Notes: generated by a model not told the origin, from the letters alone. A stretch of 64,000 nt of DNA from an uncultured bacterium (GCA_903857255.1 CAIODY010000043.1:18334-82333), one strand, 5' to 3'. Counted from the stretch's first letter, positions 1-10,109 are shown. A program made the numbers and translations.

Positions 1-116
1 CAAATTCTTTTTTTGAAAATACAAAAGCCACGAATGAACGAATAGAAAATTAGAAACCCTGACGTTGGATTTGCGGTAGGGATAGCAGCGGAAATCCTTT
101 TTTGACCTCACCCCAA

Positions 117-135
117 CCCTCTCCTTTGGAGAGGG
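117..135. repeat. GC-rich perfect hairpin (ccctctcc-ttt-ggagaggg), REP-like element upstream of trmD
   Basis: An 8-bp perfect stem with a 3-nt loop is read directly. It is strongly GC-rich in an AT-rich intergenic region. It also explains the spurious GEGWGEV-type ORF at 50..307. Confidence 0.5.
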
Positions 136-224
136 AGAAATACAAATGCAGTGAGTGCTTTTGAGAAATGGAAAGGGCAAAAAAGATTGTAGCGAATAGC
201 CCGAATGCCGCCCAAATAAAAATT

Positions 225-899
225 ATGCAGATAGATATTATTACCGTAGTGCCAGATTTATTGCAATCGCCGTTTTCACATTCAATAATGAAACGTGCTG
301 CTGACAAAGGTTTGCTGCAAGTGAATGTGATTAATTTAAGAAATTATGGTTTAGGAAAATCGAAGCAAGTTGATGATAAAGCTTTTGGTGGCGAAGCTGG
401 TATGGTGATGATGATTGAGCCAATTGCTAATTGTATCAACGATTTGAAGGCAAAAAAAAATTATGATGAAGTAATTTATATGACACCTGATGGAAAAACT
501 TTCAACCAAAAAATGGCAAATCAATTATCGTTGAAAGAAAATTTAATTATTCTTTGCGGACATTATAAAGGCATTGATGAAAGGCTTCGTGAGCATTTTA
601 TCACAATGGAAATTTCGGTTGGTGATTATGTGTTGAGTGGTGGTGAATTGGCTGCTGCGGTGGTGGTTGATGCTGTTGGCAGATTAATTCCAGGTGTGTT
701 GAATGATGAAAGTTCGGCGTTGTTCGATTCGTTTCAAGATGATTTATTGTCGCATCCAATTTATACCAGACCTGCTGAATACAATGGTTGGAAAGTACCA
801 CCAGTGCTGCTTTCGGGCGACCCAAAACTTGTAAAGCAATGGAAAGAAGAACAATCTTTAAAACGAACGGAAGAAAGAAGACCTGATTTGTTGAAATAA
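225..899 (+). CDS. trmD: tRNA (guanine37-N1)-methyltransferase TrmD
   Basis: The translation [13 protein letters not shown]...[13 protein letters not shown]...LSGDP is typical full-length TrmD. ATG at 225 is chosen over the ORF-track start at 168 because the conserved N-terminus begins at MQIDI. Confidence 0.9.
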   Translation: MQIDIITVVPDLLQSPFSHSIMKRAADKGLLQVNVINLRNYGLGKSKQVDDKAFGGEAGMVMMIEPIANCINDLKAKKNYDEVIYMTPDGKTFNQKMANQLSLKENLIILCGHYKGIDERLREHFITMEISVGDYVLSGGELAAAVVVDAVGRLIPGVLNDESSALFDSFQDDLLSHPIYTRPAEYNGWKVPPVLLSGDPKLVKQWKEEQSLKRTEERRPDLLK

Positions 900-904
900 T
901 TTTT

Positions 905-3900
905 CTACCGAATTAATATCACATCGCCTTTCATCATTTTTTCTTCGCCCAAATAATTTTTCACTTTTAAGTACCAAACATAAGTATCGATTGGTTGATG
1001 AATGTTGTTGAAAGTTCCGTCCCATGCAGTGTTGAAGTCGGTTGCTTGAAATAATTGTTGCCCCCAACGATTATAAATTCGGAATAAAATTTCGCTATAA
1101 CAGTCAGGCAATTCAACAATTGGTTTATAGGTGTCATCAATTCCATCGGCATTTGGCGTAAAAGCATTTGGCATTTTAATAGCTGCTAAATCGCCGCAAA
1201 TATTGAACAAATCTATGGTTACACAGGCTGTATCGGTGCAACCATACTTATCTGTACCAATAACACAATAAGTTTGTTGGCTTGTTCCGTTCCATAATGT
1301 TTGTTGGCAAGTATCACAACTGAGTGATAGTGCTGGTTGCCAAAAATATTTTTGAGTACCGTAGGCAAATAAATTTACTGCATTGCCGATGTGTACAATT
1401 GTATCATGCGATACGAATACTTTTGCATCGGTGGAGGTTAAGCTGAAAGCGGTATTTAAAATGCATCCGTTACTGTCAGTAATAATTAAATTATAATTGC
1501 CCGAAGGAATATTTTTATTGCTATCAATAAATATATTATTGCTCCAAACATAATGATATTGAGGTGTTCCGCCTTTTCCTATTGCTACGATTTCACCATC
1601 ACTTTTATTGCAATGTGCTGGCGTTAGGCTTGTATCTAAGGTAAGTAACAAGGGTTGTGAAATGATAACAGTATCAAAAACAACACAACCTGTTTGGTCA
1701 GTAATTTTAACAAAATTTATACCTGCACATAGTTGCGAATTAATCGAGTCGTTTTGTAATGCGTTATTATTCCAAATAAAATTGTATGGTGGATTTATTC
1801 CACTTGGAGTGCTTGCTGCTACTGCATCACAAGATTTATTGCATTTGGCTTCACTTAATATTTGAGTGTTGGTATTTAATGAAGAAACTAATTGAATGGT
1901 ATCGATAACAGAATCATTTGAACAGCCCTGATTGGTTATTAAAACTTTGTAAATGCCAGGGCACAAAGCAGATAAGCTTTTGGTGGTATCGCCAGTATTC
2001 CAATGATAGTTGTAAATATTGTTTCCACCAGATATTTGCAAAATGATTGCGCCAGTGCAATTTCCAACACAAGTGGTTGCTGTAATAACAGAATCTAATT
2101 GTATTGATTTTACTGTGGGAATAATTACATGGATTGAATCTGTATGTTGACAATTATCTTTTACAATACACCAAACGGCTCCAGCACATTGATTTTTGAT
2201 GGTATTAATGGTATCGCCCGTTTGCCATAAATATTTATAAGGTGGTAAGCCGCCAACCGTTGATATAGAAGCACTTCCGTTGCATGTTAAAGGACAAGTA
2301 GCTAATGTTGAATCAACAAAATCTTGCAATAAAATAACTCTGCGAATATTGAAGGCAACTGAATCAATAATATTGCAACCGTCAGTTATTTTGTAATAAT
2401 TAATTCCTGGACATAATGTGGTATCTAAAGCAGTTGTGTCACCATTACTCCAATTATAAATGTAAGGCGGCTTTCCTCCTGAAACGTTTACTTGTGCCAA
2501 ATCATGACAACTATTATCGCATGTGGTTGATAGAAGTTGAAGGCTGGTAGCCAATTGTGTAATAGCAGGCATGGTAAAACTGATGTTGAACTGTTGACCA
2601 CAAACATCAACCAAACTGCAATAGTAAAAATTATTGGCGCACAAATTATTCACCGTAGGTGTAATGGCAGAATTAGACCAATAATATCCTAATGGCAAAA
2701 AGCCGCCGACTGGATTAATTGCTGCTGTACCATTACAACTATTAGCACAGATAGGGTTGCCGATTGAATATGTGGCTGACAAGGGATTTGCTACAGTATG
2801 AGGAATTTGCAACCAAGCTGTATCACTTTGGCAGGCATCATTAATAACACAATAATAAGATGAATCGGAACATAAATTGTAGTTTGTTTGAGCGGTTGTG
2901 CCATTGCCCCAAGTATAACCATAAGGTGGTAAACCACTGTAAACAATGGCTTTGGCAGCTGCTCCACAATTGAAACCACACTGAAGACTACTTATAATGA
3001 AACTGTCTTTAAAGATGGGTATAGCTGGTAAGAATATAGTTTTTGTGATGGTATCATTACAATTATCAACGGCTCGGCAAGTGTAATAAACCGAATCACA
3101 AATGCCTGTAATTGAAGGATTAGTTGAACCATTGCTCCAAAAGAATTTGTAAGGACTAACACCACCATTTGCCATTGCAAGAATAGAACCGTTGCAGCTT
3201 TTATTGCAAATAGGTGAAGTTTGAAATGTTAGAGAAAAACTGTTATTAAGGGGAACAATTATTGAACGAATGATTGAATCGCCACAAGCATCATATGCGG
3301 TGCATTGATAGGTTGATAATGCACAAAGATTCCTAATACTGTTAGAGGTAGAACCAGTATTCCATTTATATTGATAAGGCGGCACACCACCATAGGCTAT
3401 TGATGTTGCACTACCATTGCAACCATTTTTACAACTTGGTGTAACATTTAGCGATAAACCCATTGCGCCTGCAACTGCAACTGTTTTCGATGCACTGGCT
3501 GTTTGATTACATTGGTCAAATACCGTACAGCTATATGTTGTGGTAGCACATGCATTGGTTATATAAGAAGTCGTATCACCATTACTCCATAAATAGGTAA
3601 ATGGTGGAATGCCCGATGGTAAAGCTGATACAGTTCCGTTGCAAAAAGTTGGACAAGTGGGGGAGCTGGTGAGTGTTAGCGTTGGTGGACCTGGCGAAGA
3701 AATTAAAAAATATTTTCTCAAAGTATCACCACAAGTATCTTTAATCATACACCAATAGGATGAACCAGCACATAAACCACTTATGTAATTGGTTGTTTGT
3801 CCGGTACTCCAAAGATATCTGTAAGGCGGCATTCCCGAGTATACTGTTACACCAGCTGTTGCATTACAAGTGCCTGGACACGAAGTTGAAGAATAAACAT

Positions 3901-6900
3901 TTATTGATAGTGGTGTGGGGTGTGCTTGAATAGTTACCGATACAGAATCTCTATGGCCACATGCATCATAACCAATTGCATAGTAAGTTTGCCCGTTGCA
4001 TAAATTAGTATCTGATAATCCAGTTGCACCATTACTCCAATTATATGTATAAGGTGGTATACCTGCATATTGGGGATTCGAATTAGGATACGCCTGAGCT
4101 TTTATGTTACAATTATTTTTGCATGAATTAGGATAGGTAATGTCGAATTTGAATTGAACGGTATCTACAATAATGCTTGCTCTTGCGGTATCACCGCAGA
4201 TGTCAGAAACCTCAATTAATATGCTGTCGCCGACACAAACATTCTTGAGCAATGAAATGTTTGCGTTGGAAGTTGTATCAAAAATAGTATGTTGTGTAAC
4301 ATCTTGCCATTGATAGGTAAATGGTGGATGTATCCCCGTATCTACCTTACATTGTATTATATTACCACAACCGCAAGTATACTTAATTTGAGTTAGTGCT
4401 AGTGCAATGGTTGAAGGCGATACATGAGCAATGGAAACGTGGATGGTATCGCTTACACACGAATCAGAAATGATACAAGTATAATTGCCTGGTAATAAGC
4501 TATCAGTTGTCGCAGTTGTATCACCATTGCTCCATAATATTTTTGTTGGGCTGCCAAAATAAATAGGTGTAACGGCGGCATCATTTACTGGTAAGCAAGC
4601 ATTGTTTTGATGCACAATAACATTATACGTTTCAACTAAAGGGTTAGGCATTTGCACTTGCAAAGAGGTAGTATAACAAACAGAATCAGTTGCTATAACA
4701 GTATAGCTATGTGCAGCGCATAAAAAAGAATCTGAAGTGCCAATCACACCGTTGCCCCAAATACAATGTGGTGACTGTTGTCCGCCAGTTAATACAACTT
4801 GGGCTAATCCGTTGCAAGTTAAAGGACAAGGTAATAAACTATTTGGGTAAAGTGCATTTAAATAAATACCTAGTGGTGGAAATATTCCAACAGTGAAAAT
4901 TGATGTATCACTGCCACAACCTGGGGCATTCACAATTACAGTATCATTGCCTGCACACAAAGTTGAAACGGGATTGCTAAAATAAATGATTGTATCGGGT
5001 GTGTACCAAGTGGTAGTAAAATTAGTTAATCCTGGTATTTGTACGAATGCCGTTCCATTGCATAAATGCGAACAAATTCGTGGTGAAAATTGTGGATAGG
5101 CTTGTATCCCATGTTGTAAGTTGAAGTGGACAGTATCAGCAACACACGAAAAGGCAGTATCAGTAATAATTACAGAATAATTACCTGTACACAAATTATT
5201 AACCATTGCTGATGTTGCACCATTGCTCCAGTTATATTGAAATGAACTCAACGGACAACTACTGTTTACCACAGCTTGTGCATTGCCAGTGCAACCTGCC
5301 TGACATTTTGAATAAGTAACATTGGCATTAAAATGAACGGGCTGAAATTTATTTAATACAACATCTTGATTTACCGATGAATTGTAGGAAGCCACTTGAA
5401 TGTATCCATTTGGCGAATTGCTCTGATAGTGATAACCCAATCCATTATCGGTATTCATTGCCGATAAAATATTGCTTTGTTTATCCATAACCATTGCCAT
5501 GCCTGTTTCATCCACACTTCCACCATAATAAGTCAGCCATTTTAATTCGCCGTATTTTGAAAATCGAGCGATTGCTGCATCTGTTTGTCCACTTAGATTA
5601 TTGTCAAAATAGCCATTGCAACCTTCTTGTTTTACTATTAAATCAGATGAATAAGTGGTGAAAGAAAAAATCACATTATCGCAATTATCTGTAATTAAAG
5701 CATCGTTGATGTAATCATCAAAATAAGTATTGTAATGAATTAAGGATTCAATTGCATCGTTTTTGCTGCCTCCTAAAAGCGTTGCCCAAAGCCTATTTCC
5801 ATTGTTTGAAAATTTCAATAAAAAAACATCCGCATCGATACTCGATGTTGAATTGTTTAAAACAGAATCTTTAAATGCCAAAGCATTTGTAGCATAAGTT
5901 GAAAAATTATTGGAAGAGGTATTCCCAGCTACATACAAATTTCCGTTGTTGTCAAGTACAGTTGCTATAGCTTCATCATCATTATTGCCGCCATAAAATG
6001 TACCCCATTGCAAAATATTATTGCTCGAAAATTTTGCAACAAATGCTTCCATCATATCAGTATGATTGTGGAAATAGCTTCCATTATTATGTAATGGAAA
6101 TTGTGTTGAATCGGTGCTTGCGCCTGCAATAAAAATATTATTGGCATTATCAATTGAAATTGAATTGCCTTCTTCTAATCCATTGCCACCAAAATAACTC
6201 GACCAAACTAAGCCCCCATTATTAGTAAATTCAGCAACAAAGGCATCTTGCGTTCCATTCAATCCGCTTTGGAAAAAACTACTACCTAAATTTTGTGTTG
6301 GAAAATTATTTGAAAAAGTTTTTCCAATCAAATACACATTACCATTGCTGTTAATGGCAATATCATGTCCAACATCATTTTGGTTACCACCAAAAAAAGT
6401 TGAAAAAATTCTGGTACCTACTGAATTAAATTTTATAAGAAAAACATCAGTATTATTAAATGCTATTGATTGATTTAATACACTTTGCGAATAGGTGCTT
6501 GTTTGCAATTGCGTTGGGAAATTTTTCGATTTTGTGTAACCAGTAATAAACACATTTCCATTTCTGTCGGTTTTAATTCCGTCGGCAATATCGTCATTGC
6601 TCCCGCCATAAAAGGTTGACCATTGCAAATGTAAATTGGCAGAAAATTGGCTGACAAAAATATCTGCATTGCCTTGAATTAGGCTTGAGAAGTACGTTCC
6701 AGCATTAACCAAAGGGAAAAAAAAAGAAGCGGTGTAACCTGTTAAATAAAAATTGTTTACTGAATCTATTGTAACTGATTTTGCACAATCATTATTGACT
6801 CCGCCAAACATCGAAGTCCAAACTATTAATGGGTCAATGACCAAAGGAAGAGATGGATTTCTTCCTTCGATTTTGTAAGAGACAACATCATTTTCACGAT

Positions 6901-7567
6901 TAAATGATGTTGTTAAAAAATTATTCTGTTGCAAGGCAATTAAATTTTTCTCACTCAATTCACCAAATCTTGTAACGGTTTTTAAAATGCTGCAAGCCTT
7001 GCTAAGCATAGGGTTTGCGCCAATCCATTGCAGTTTAATTTGTTTTTCATCTGCATTGGCAGCAACATCAAAACTATATTTAAAAGAAGAATCAGTTAGT
7101 TCTAAAATTAAATCAACACCATTGTAAATGTCACGAATTCGTAGTTTGCTATATTCCAGCAAATCAAAAATTCCTTTTGGATAATTCTGATTATAAAAAC
7201 TAAGTTTAGATTTATTTTTTGACTCTATCCAATCAATATTTTCACGATTGAATTTTGCTCCCAAAAAATTCTCATCCACTTTCAGTAAAGAATCAATCCC
7301 GTTTTTGGTTTTGTGAAATACATACGAAAAACCTTTATCAGTAACAAAAATTTGAAAATTGTTTTTTCGGCAGTACATTAATACAGATAAAACTGGCTGA
7401 CCATTTTCATCATTTAACTGCCCACGGTTTTCAATAAATCCTGTGTTAGCAAAAAAGGTGGACTGATGTTTTAATGCTGTAAAATCATTCTGCACAGGCT
7501 GATTAGCCCACCCAATTGTGCAATAAGATAGGCTGAAAAAAGCGACACAAAATATTTTTATGAACAA
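905..7567 (-). CDS. Giant T9SS cargo or adhesin: SBBP beta-propeller repeats, at least 15 SprB-type repeats, and a type-B (gliding-motility-associated, CHU_C) C-terminal sorting domain
   Basis: The N-terminal signal-like peptide is FIKIFCVAFFSLSYC. SBBP-like repeats (GGxxxDxxxxIxxDxxGNxYxxGxTxSxxFP) run from about aa 260 to 720. A repeated module CNGxA...GGxPPYxYxWSNGxT...LCxGxY runs from about aa 750 to 2080. The C-terminus is PNAFTPNADGIDDTYKP...YNRWGQQLF...WDG. The only in-frame start is TTG at 7567. Confidence 0.85.
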   Translation of the reverse strand: MFIKIFCVAFFSLSYCTIGWANQPVQNDFTALKHQSTFFANTGFIENRGQLNDENGQPVLSVLMYCRKNNFQIFVTDKGFSYVFHKTKNGIDSLLKVDENFLGAKFNRENIDWIESKNKSKLSFYNQNYPKGIFDLLEYSKLRIRDIYNGVDLILELTDSSFKYSFDVAANADEKQIKLQWIGANPMLSKACSILKTVTRFGELSEKNLIALQQNNFLTTSFNRENDVVSYKIEGRNPSLPLVIDPLIVWTSMFGGVNNDCAKSVTIDSVNNFYLTGYTASFFFPLVNAGTYFSSLIQGNADIFVSQFSANLHLQWSTFYGGSNDDIADGIKTDRNGNVFITGYTKSKNFPTQLQTSTYSQSVLNQSIAFNNTDVFLIKFNSVGTRIFSTFFGGNQNDVGHDIAINSNGNVYLIGKTFSNNFPTQNLGSSFFQSGLNGTQDAFVAEFTNNGGLVWSSYFGGNGLEEGNSISIDNANNIFIAGASTDSTQFPLHNNGSYFHNHTDMMEAFVAKFSSNNILQWGTFYGGNNDDEAIATVLDNNGNLYVAGNTSSNNFSTYATNALAFKDSVLNNSTSSIDADVFLLKFSNNGNRLWATLLGGSKNDAIESLIHYNTYFDDYINDALITDNCDNVIFSFTTYSSDLIVKQEGCNGYFDNNLSGQTDAAIARFSKYGELKWLTYYGGSVDETGMAMVMDKQSNILSAMNTDNGLGYHYQSNSPNGYIQVASYNSSVNQDVVLNKFQPVHFNANVTYSKCQAGCTGNAQAVVNSSCPLSSFQYNWSNGATSAMVNNLCTGNYSVIITDTAFSCVADTVHFNLQHGIQAYPQFSPRICSHLCNGTAFVQIPGLTNFTTTWYTPDTIIYFSNPVSTLCAGNDTVIVNAPGCGSDTSIFTVGIFPPLGIYLNALYPNSLLPCPLTCNGLAQVVLTGGQQSPHCIWGNGVIGTSDSFLCAAHSYTVIATDSVCYTTSLQVQMPNPLVETYNVIVHQNNACLPVNDAAVTPIYFGSPTKILWSNGDTTATTDSLLPGNYTCIISDSCVSDTIHVSIAHVSPSTIALALTQIKYTCGCGNIIQCKVDTGIHPPFTYQWQDVTQHTIFDTTSNANISLLKNVCVGDSILIEVSDICGDTARASIIVDTVQFKFDITYPNSCKNNCNIKAQAYPNSNPQYAGIPPYTYNWSNGATGLSDTNLCNGQTYYAIGYDACGHRDSVSVTIQAHPTPLSINVYSSTSCPGTCNATAGVTVYSGMPPYRYLWSTGQTTNYISGLCAGSSYWCMIKDTCGDTLRKYFLISSPGPPTLTLTSSPTCPTFCNGTVSALPSGIPPFTYLWSNGDTTSYITNACATTTYSCTVFDQCNQTASASKTVAVAGAMGLSLNVTPSCKNGCNGSATSIAYGGVPPYQYKWNTGSTSNSIRNLCALSTYQCTAYDACGDSIIRSIIVPLNNSFSLTFQTSPICNKSCNGSILAMANGGVSPYKFFWSNGSTNPSITGICDSVYYTCRAVDNCNDTITKTIFLPAIPIFKDSFIISSLQCGFNCGAAAKAIVYSGLPPYGYTWGNGTTAQTNYNLCSDSSYYCVINDACQSDTAWLQIPHTVANPLSATYSIGNPICANSCNGTAAINPVGGFLPLGYYWSNSAITPTVNNLCANNFYYCSLVDVCGQQFNISFTMPAITQLATSLQLLSTTCDNSCHDLAQVNVSGGKPPYIYNWSNGDTTALDTTLCPGINYYKITDGCNIIDSVAFNIRRVILLQDFVDSTLATCPLTCNGSASISTVGGLPPYKYLWQTGDTINTIKNQCAGAVWCIVKDNCQHTDSIHVIIPTVKSIQLDSVITATTCVGNCTGAIILQISGGNNIYNYHWNTGDTTKSLSALCPGIYKVLITNQGCSNDSVIDTIQLVSSLNTNTQILSEAKCNKSCDAVAASTPSGINPPYNFIWNNNALQNDSINSQLCAGINFVKITDQTGCVVFDTVIISQPLLLTLDTSLTPAHCNKSDGEIVAIGKGGTPQYHYVWSNNIFIDSNKNIPSGNYNLIITDSNGCILNTAFSLTSTDAKVFVSHDTIVHIGNAVNLFAYGTQKYFWQPALSLSCDTCQQTLWNGTSQQTYCVIGTDKYGCTDTACVTIDLFNICGDLAAIKMPNAFTPNADGIDDTYKPIVELPDCYSEILFRIYNRWGQQLFQATDFNTAWDGTFNNIHQPIDTYVWYLKVKNYLGEEKMMKGDVILIR

Positions 7568-7666
7568 TTTCAGATGTAAATAAATTTTTTAGATTGCTCA
7601 AATTTAATAAAAATAAATTTTAGAAATAAAATTTCTTTTAAAACCATTTTTTTGATTTTGCTGAAT

Positions 7667-7674
7667 TACCTTTG
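7667..7674 (+). promoter_or_regulatory. Bacteroidota-type -7 box (TACCTTTG, matches TAnnTTTG) for the SRP RNA
   Basis: The motif sits 6 nt upstream of the predicted 5' end of the SRP RNA helix. TTTG motifs lie further upstream at 7651-7660. Confidence 0.6.
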
Positions 7675-7679
7675 CCCTC

Positions 7680-7772
7680 GGCAAGTCCTATACGACCAGC
7701 TCCTGCTCACTCCCCCAGGGTCGGAAGGCAGCAAGGGTAGGCGGTTGAGCGGTGCGATATAGGTAACTTGCC
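7680..7772 (+). ncRNA. ffs: Signal recognition particle RNA (small bacterial 4.5S type)
   Basis: The 5' ggcaagtcctata pairs with the 3' tataggtaacttgcc. The apical domain-IV-like core is cagggtcGGAAggcagcaagggtag, with a GGAA tetraloop and AGCA motif. A T-run follows at 7774-7779. Confidence 0.75.
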
Positions 7773-7911
7773 ATTTTTTATTTAAAATTGTTTCTTTATG
7801 GCAGCAATAATTTATTAACATTGTTGCACAACTAATTTTCACGAAACAGTTTTCTCTCCTTTTCTTTGCGATTCAAATTTCAATTCATCAACTAATTAAA
7901 TTTTCAATAAA

Positions 7912-8577
7912 ATGAAATTTTTCATTGACACTGCAAACCTTGACCAGATAAGAGAAGCACACGACTTAGGCATCTTAGATGGCGTTACCACCAATCCATC
8001 TCTAATGGCGAAAGAAGACATCAGTGGCGAAGAAGCGGTGAATGCACATTATGTAAAAATCTGCAAGATGGTTCATGGACCAGTGAGTGCCGAAGTGATT
8101 GCAACCGATTTTGAAGGTATTATTAAAGAAGGAAAAGCATTGGCAAAATTGAATGAACATATTGTTGTAAAAGTACCAATGATTAAAGAAGGTATCAAGG
8201 CAATAAAATATTTTTCGAGCCAAGGTATCAAAACAAATTGCACTTTAGTATTCAGTGCTGGGCAGGCGATATTGGCTGCAAAAGCAGGCGCAACTTATCT
8301 TTCACCGTTTATCGGCAGAGTGGATGATAGCAATTGGGATGGGGTGCAATTGATTCAGGAAATCAATCAAATCTATTCTATCTATCAATTTGAAACGCAA
8401 ATTTTAGCAGCATCAGTTCGCAGTTCGTTGCACATTGTGAAATGTGCTCAATCAGGCGCACATGTAGTAACAGCACCACTTTCAGCCATTATGGGTTTGT
8501 TAAAACATCCGTTAACTGATTTAGGATTAGCACAATTTTTAGCCGACCATGCAAAAGCAGCAGCAGCAAAAAAATAA
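7912..8577 (+). CDS. fsa: Fructose-6-phosphate aldolase / short transaldolase (type 3B)
   Basis: The 221-aa protein has MKFFIDTANLDQIREA...GVTTNPSL...KVP...SPFIGRVDD, typical of the Fsa/TalC family. Confidence 0.9.
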   Translation: MKFFIDTANLDQIREAHDLGILDGVTTNPSLMAKEDISGEEAVNAHYVKICKMVHGPVSAEVIATDFEGIIKEGKALAKLNEHIVVKVPMIKEGIKAIKYFSSQGIKTNCTLVFSAGQAILAAKAGATYLSPFIGRVDDSNWDGVQLIQEINQIYSIYQFETQILAASVRSSLHIVKCAQSGAHVVTAPLSAIMGLLKHPLTDLGLAQFLADHAKAAAAKK

Positions 8578-8581
8578 TTTT

Positions 8582-8608
8582 TTTAACGATGAATGTTGAA
8601 CGATAAAC
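8582..8608. repeat. Left arm of the inverted repeat bracketing the four-helix-bundle gene
   Basis: tttaacgatgaatgttgaacgataaac matches the reverse complement of 8990..9016 at 24 of 27 positions. It starts 5 nt after the fsa stop. Confidence 0.8.
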
Positions 8609-8618
8609 TATAAACGAA

Positions 8619-8978
8619 ATGGATGTACTGAAAGAAAAATCGTTTTTATTCGCTGTTAGAATTGTAAAGTTTAACCAGTTTTTAAAGGATAACAAGAAAG
8701 AATTTGTTTTGAGTAAACAAATTTTAAGAAGTGGAACTGCAATAGGTGCATTAGTTCGTGAATCAAAAAATGCAGAAAGTAAAATGGATTTTGTTCACAA
8801 ACTTTCGATTGCACAAAAAGAATGTGATGAAACAATTTATTGGCTTGAATTGCTTGCTGCTACTGATTTTTTATCACAAAAGGAATTTAGTTCATTAAAA
8901 AATGATGCAGAAGAATTATTGAAAATAATTCGTTCGTCAATCTTAACTGTAAAATCAAAACTCAAAAAAGAAAAGTAA
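8619..8978 (+). CDS. Four-helix-bundle protein (23S rRNA intervening-sequence protein family)
   Basis: The 119-aa protein has FxFAVRIVKF...LSKQILRSGTAIGALVRES...ECDETIYWLELL, the characteristic pattern of this family. Confidence 0.85.
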   Translation: MDVLKEKSFLFAVRIVKFNQFLKDNKKEFVLSKQILRSGTAIGALVRESKNAESKMDFVHKLSIAQKECDETIYWLELLAATDFLSQKEFSSLKNDAEELLKIIRSSILTVKSKLKKEK

Positions 8979-8989
8979 AATTATTCATC

Positions 8990-9016
8990 GTTTATCATTC
9001 ATAATTCATCGTTAAA
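8990..9016. repeat. Right arm of the inverted repeat bracketing the four-helix-bundle gene
   Basis: gtttatcattcataattcatcgttaaa is the reverse complement partner of 8582..8608. It ends exactly at the nucleotide before the prs ATG. Confidence 0.8.
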
Positions 9017-9961
9017 ATGCTTACCCCTCCATCACAAGTAAAAATATTCGCAGCTACAAACTCTAACTATATCAGCAATGATATAGTTAGAGAATTGGAT
9101 TTGCCACTTTCAAAAATCAATATTCAGAAATTTTCTGACGGCGAAATTCAACCCGAAATTCAAGAATCAGTTCGTGGCGATTATGTTTTTGTGGTAGCAA
9201 GTACCAACATGCCAGCAGAAAATTTGATGGAATTATTATTGGTGATTGATGCCGCCAAACGTGCATCAGCCAAGTATATCACAGCGGTAATTCCTTATTT
9301 TGGTTTTGCACGACAAGACAGAAAAGACCGACCAAGAGTTTCGTTAGGTGCAAAATTAATTGCCAATTTGATTGTGGCATCGGGTGCAAACCGAGTGATG
9401 ACCATGGATTTGCATGCACCGCAAATTCAAGGTTTCTTCGATATTCCGATGGACCATTTAGATTCATCGTATGTTTTCATTCCTTATTTAAAAGCATTAG
9501 GAATTGATGAAAGCATTTGTTTTGCTTCGCCTGATGTTGGTAGCACCAATCGTGCAAGAGGCTATGCTAAACACTTCAACGGCGAAATGGTGATTTGCGA
9601 TAAACAACGCAAACGTGCCAATGAAATTGCAGCCATGACTGTGATTGGTGATGTTACGGGCAAAGATGTCATTTTGGTTGATGACATTATTGATACTGCC
9701 GGAACATTAACCAGTGCAGCAAAATTGTTGATGGAAAAAGGTGCAAAAAGTGTTCGTGCAGTGTGTACACATCCTGTGTTATCGGGCAGTGCAATTGAAC
9801 GAGTTGAAAATTCTGTGCTGACTGAATTGGTTGTTTGCGATACGATTCCTTACACTCGAAAAAGCGATAAAATCAAGCGTTTGGAAGTTGCGCCATTGTT
9901 TGCAACTGCCATCAGAAATGCTGTTGAAAATAAATCTATCAACAGTTTATTTATCAGATAA
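9017..9961 (+). CDS. prs: Ribose-phosphate pyrophosphokinase
   Basis: The 314-aa protein has FSDGE...YFGFARQDRK...VLVDDIIDTAGT..., the PRPP synthetase signature. Confidence 0.92.
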   Translation: MLTPPSQVKIFAATNSNYISNDIVRELDLPLSKINIQKFSDGEIQPEIQESVRGDYVFVVASTNMPAENLMELLLVIDAAKRASAKYITAVIPYFGFARQDRKDRPRVSLGAKLIANLIVASGANRVMTMDLHAPQIQGFFDIPMDHLDSSYVFIPYLKALGIDESICFASPDVGSTNRARGYAKHFNGEMVICDKQRKRANEIAAMTVIGDVTGKDVILVDDIIDTAGTLTSAAKLLMEKGAKSVRAVCTHPVLSGSAIERVENSVLTELVVCDTIPYTRKSDKIKRLEVAPLFATAIRNAVENKSINSLFIR

Positions 9962-10109
9962 ATTTTGGAATAAAATTTTGAAAAAGCATCGGAGAAAATT
10001 CTTCGGTGCTTTTTTCGTTTAAAAAATATTGGCAGCAATTATTCAACTTCATCTTTTCAAATTGTCCATTTAGCATATTGTTCTATTATCTTTATCGGCA
10101 GCAAAATTT

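Noticed and set aside
68-103. Possible terminator ggattt...aaatcc plus T6 at the left edge
   Set aside because: The stem is only 6 bp with an 18-nt loop, and the gene it would terminate lies outside the window. That is too weak to annotate.
168-224. N-terminal extensions in the ORF track, for example trmD 168, nuoH 27494, gatA 55220, tsaB 37130, tatA 56016, the PorV-like gene 18913 and the T9SS cargo gene 61696
   Set aside because: The extended starts are often non-ATG codons. They add residues upstream of conserved N-termini or signal peptides. I used internal ATG codons that restore canonical N-termini.
50-307. 85-aa minus-strand ORF containing SKGEGWGEV
   Set aside because: It spans the GC-rich hairpin at 117-135 and the trmD 5' region. 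The GEGWGEV-type peptide is the usual translation artefact of such REP-like hairpins, and the ORF overlaps the trmD start.
1608-6669. Short ORFs inside or antisense to the giant adhesin gene (1608..1865, 1914..2153, 2791..2979, 2992..3180, 4711..4896, 6475..6669)
   Set aside because: All are embedded in a continuous 2220-aa reading frame with clear domain content. None has recognisable motifs.
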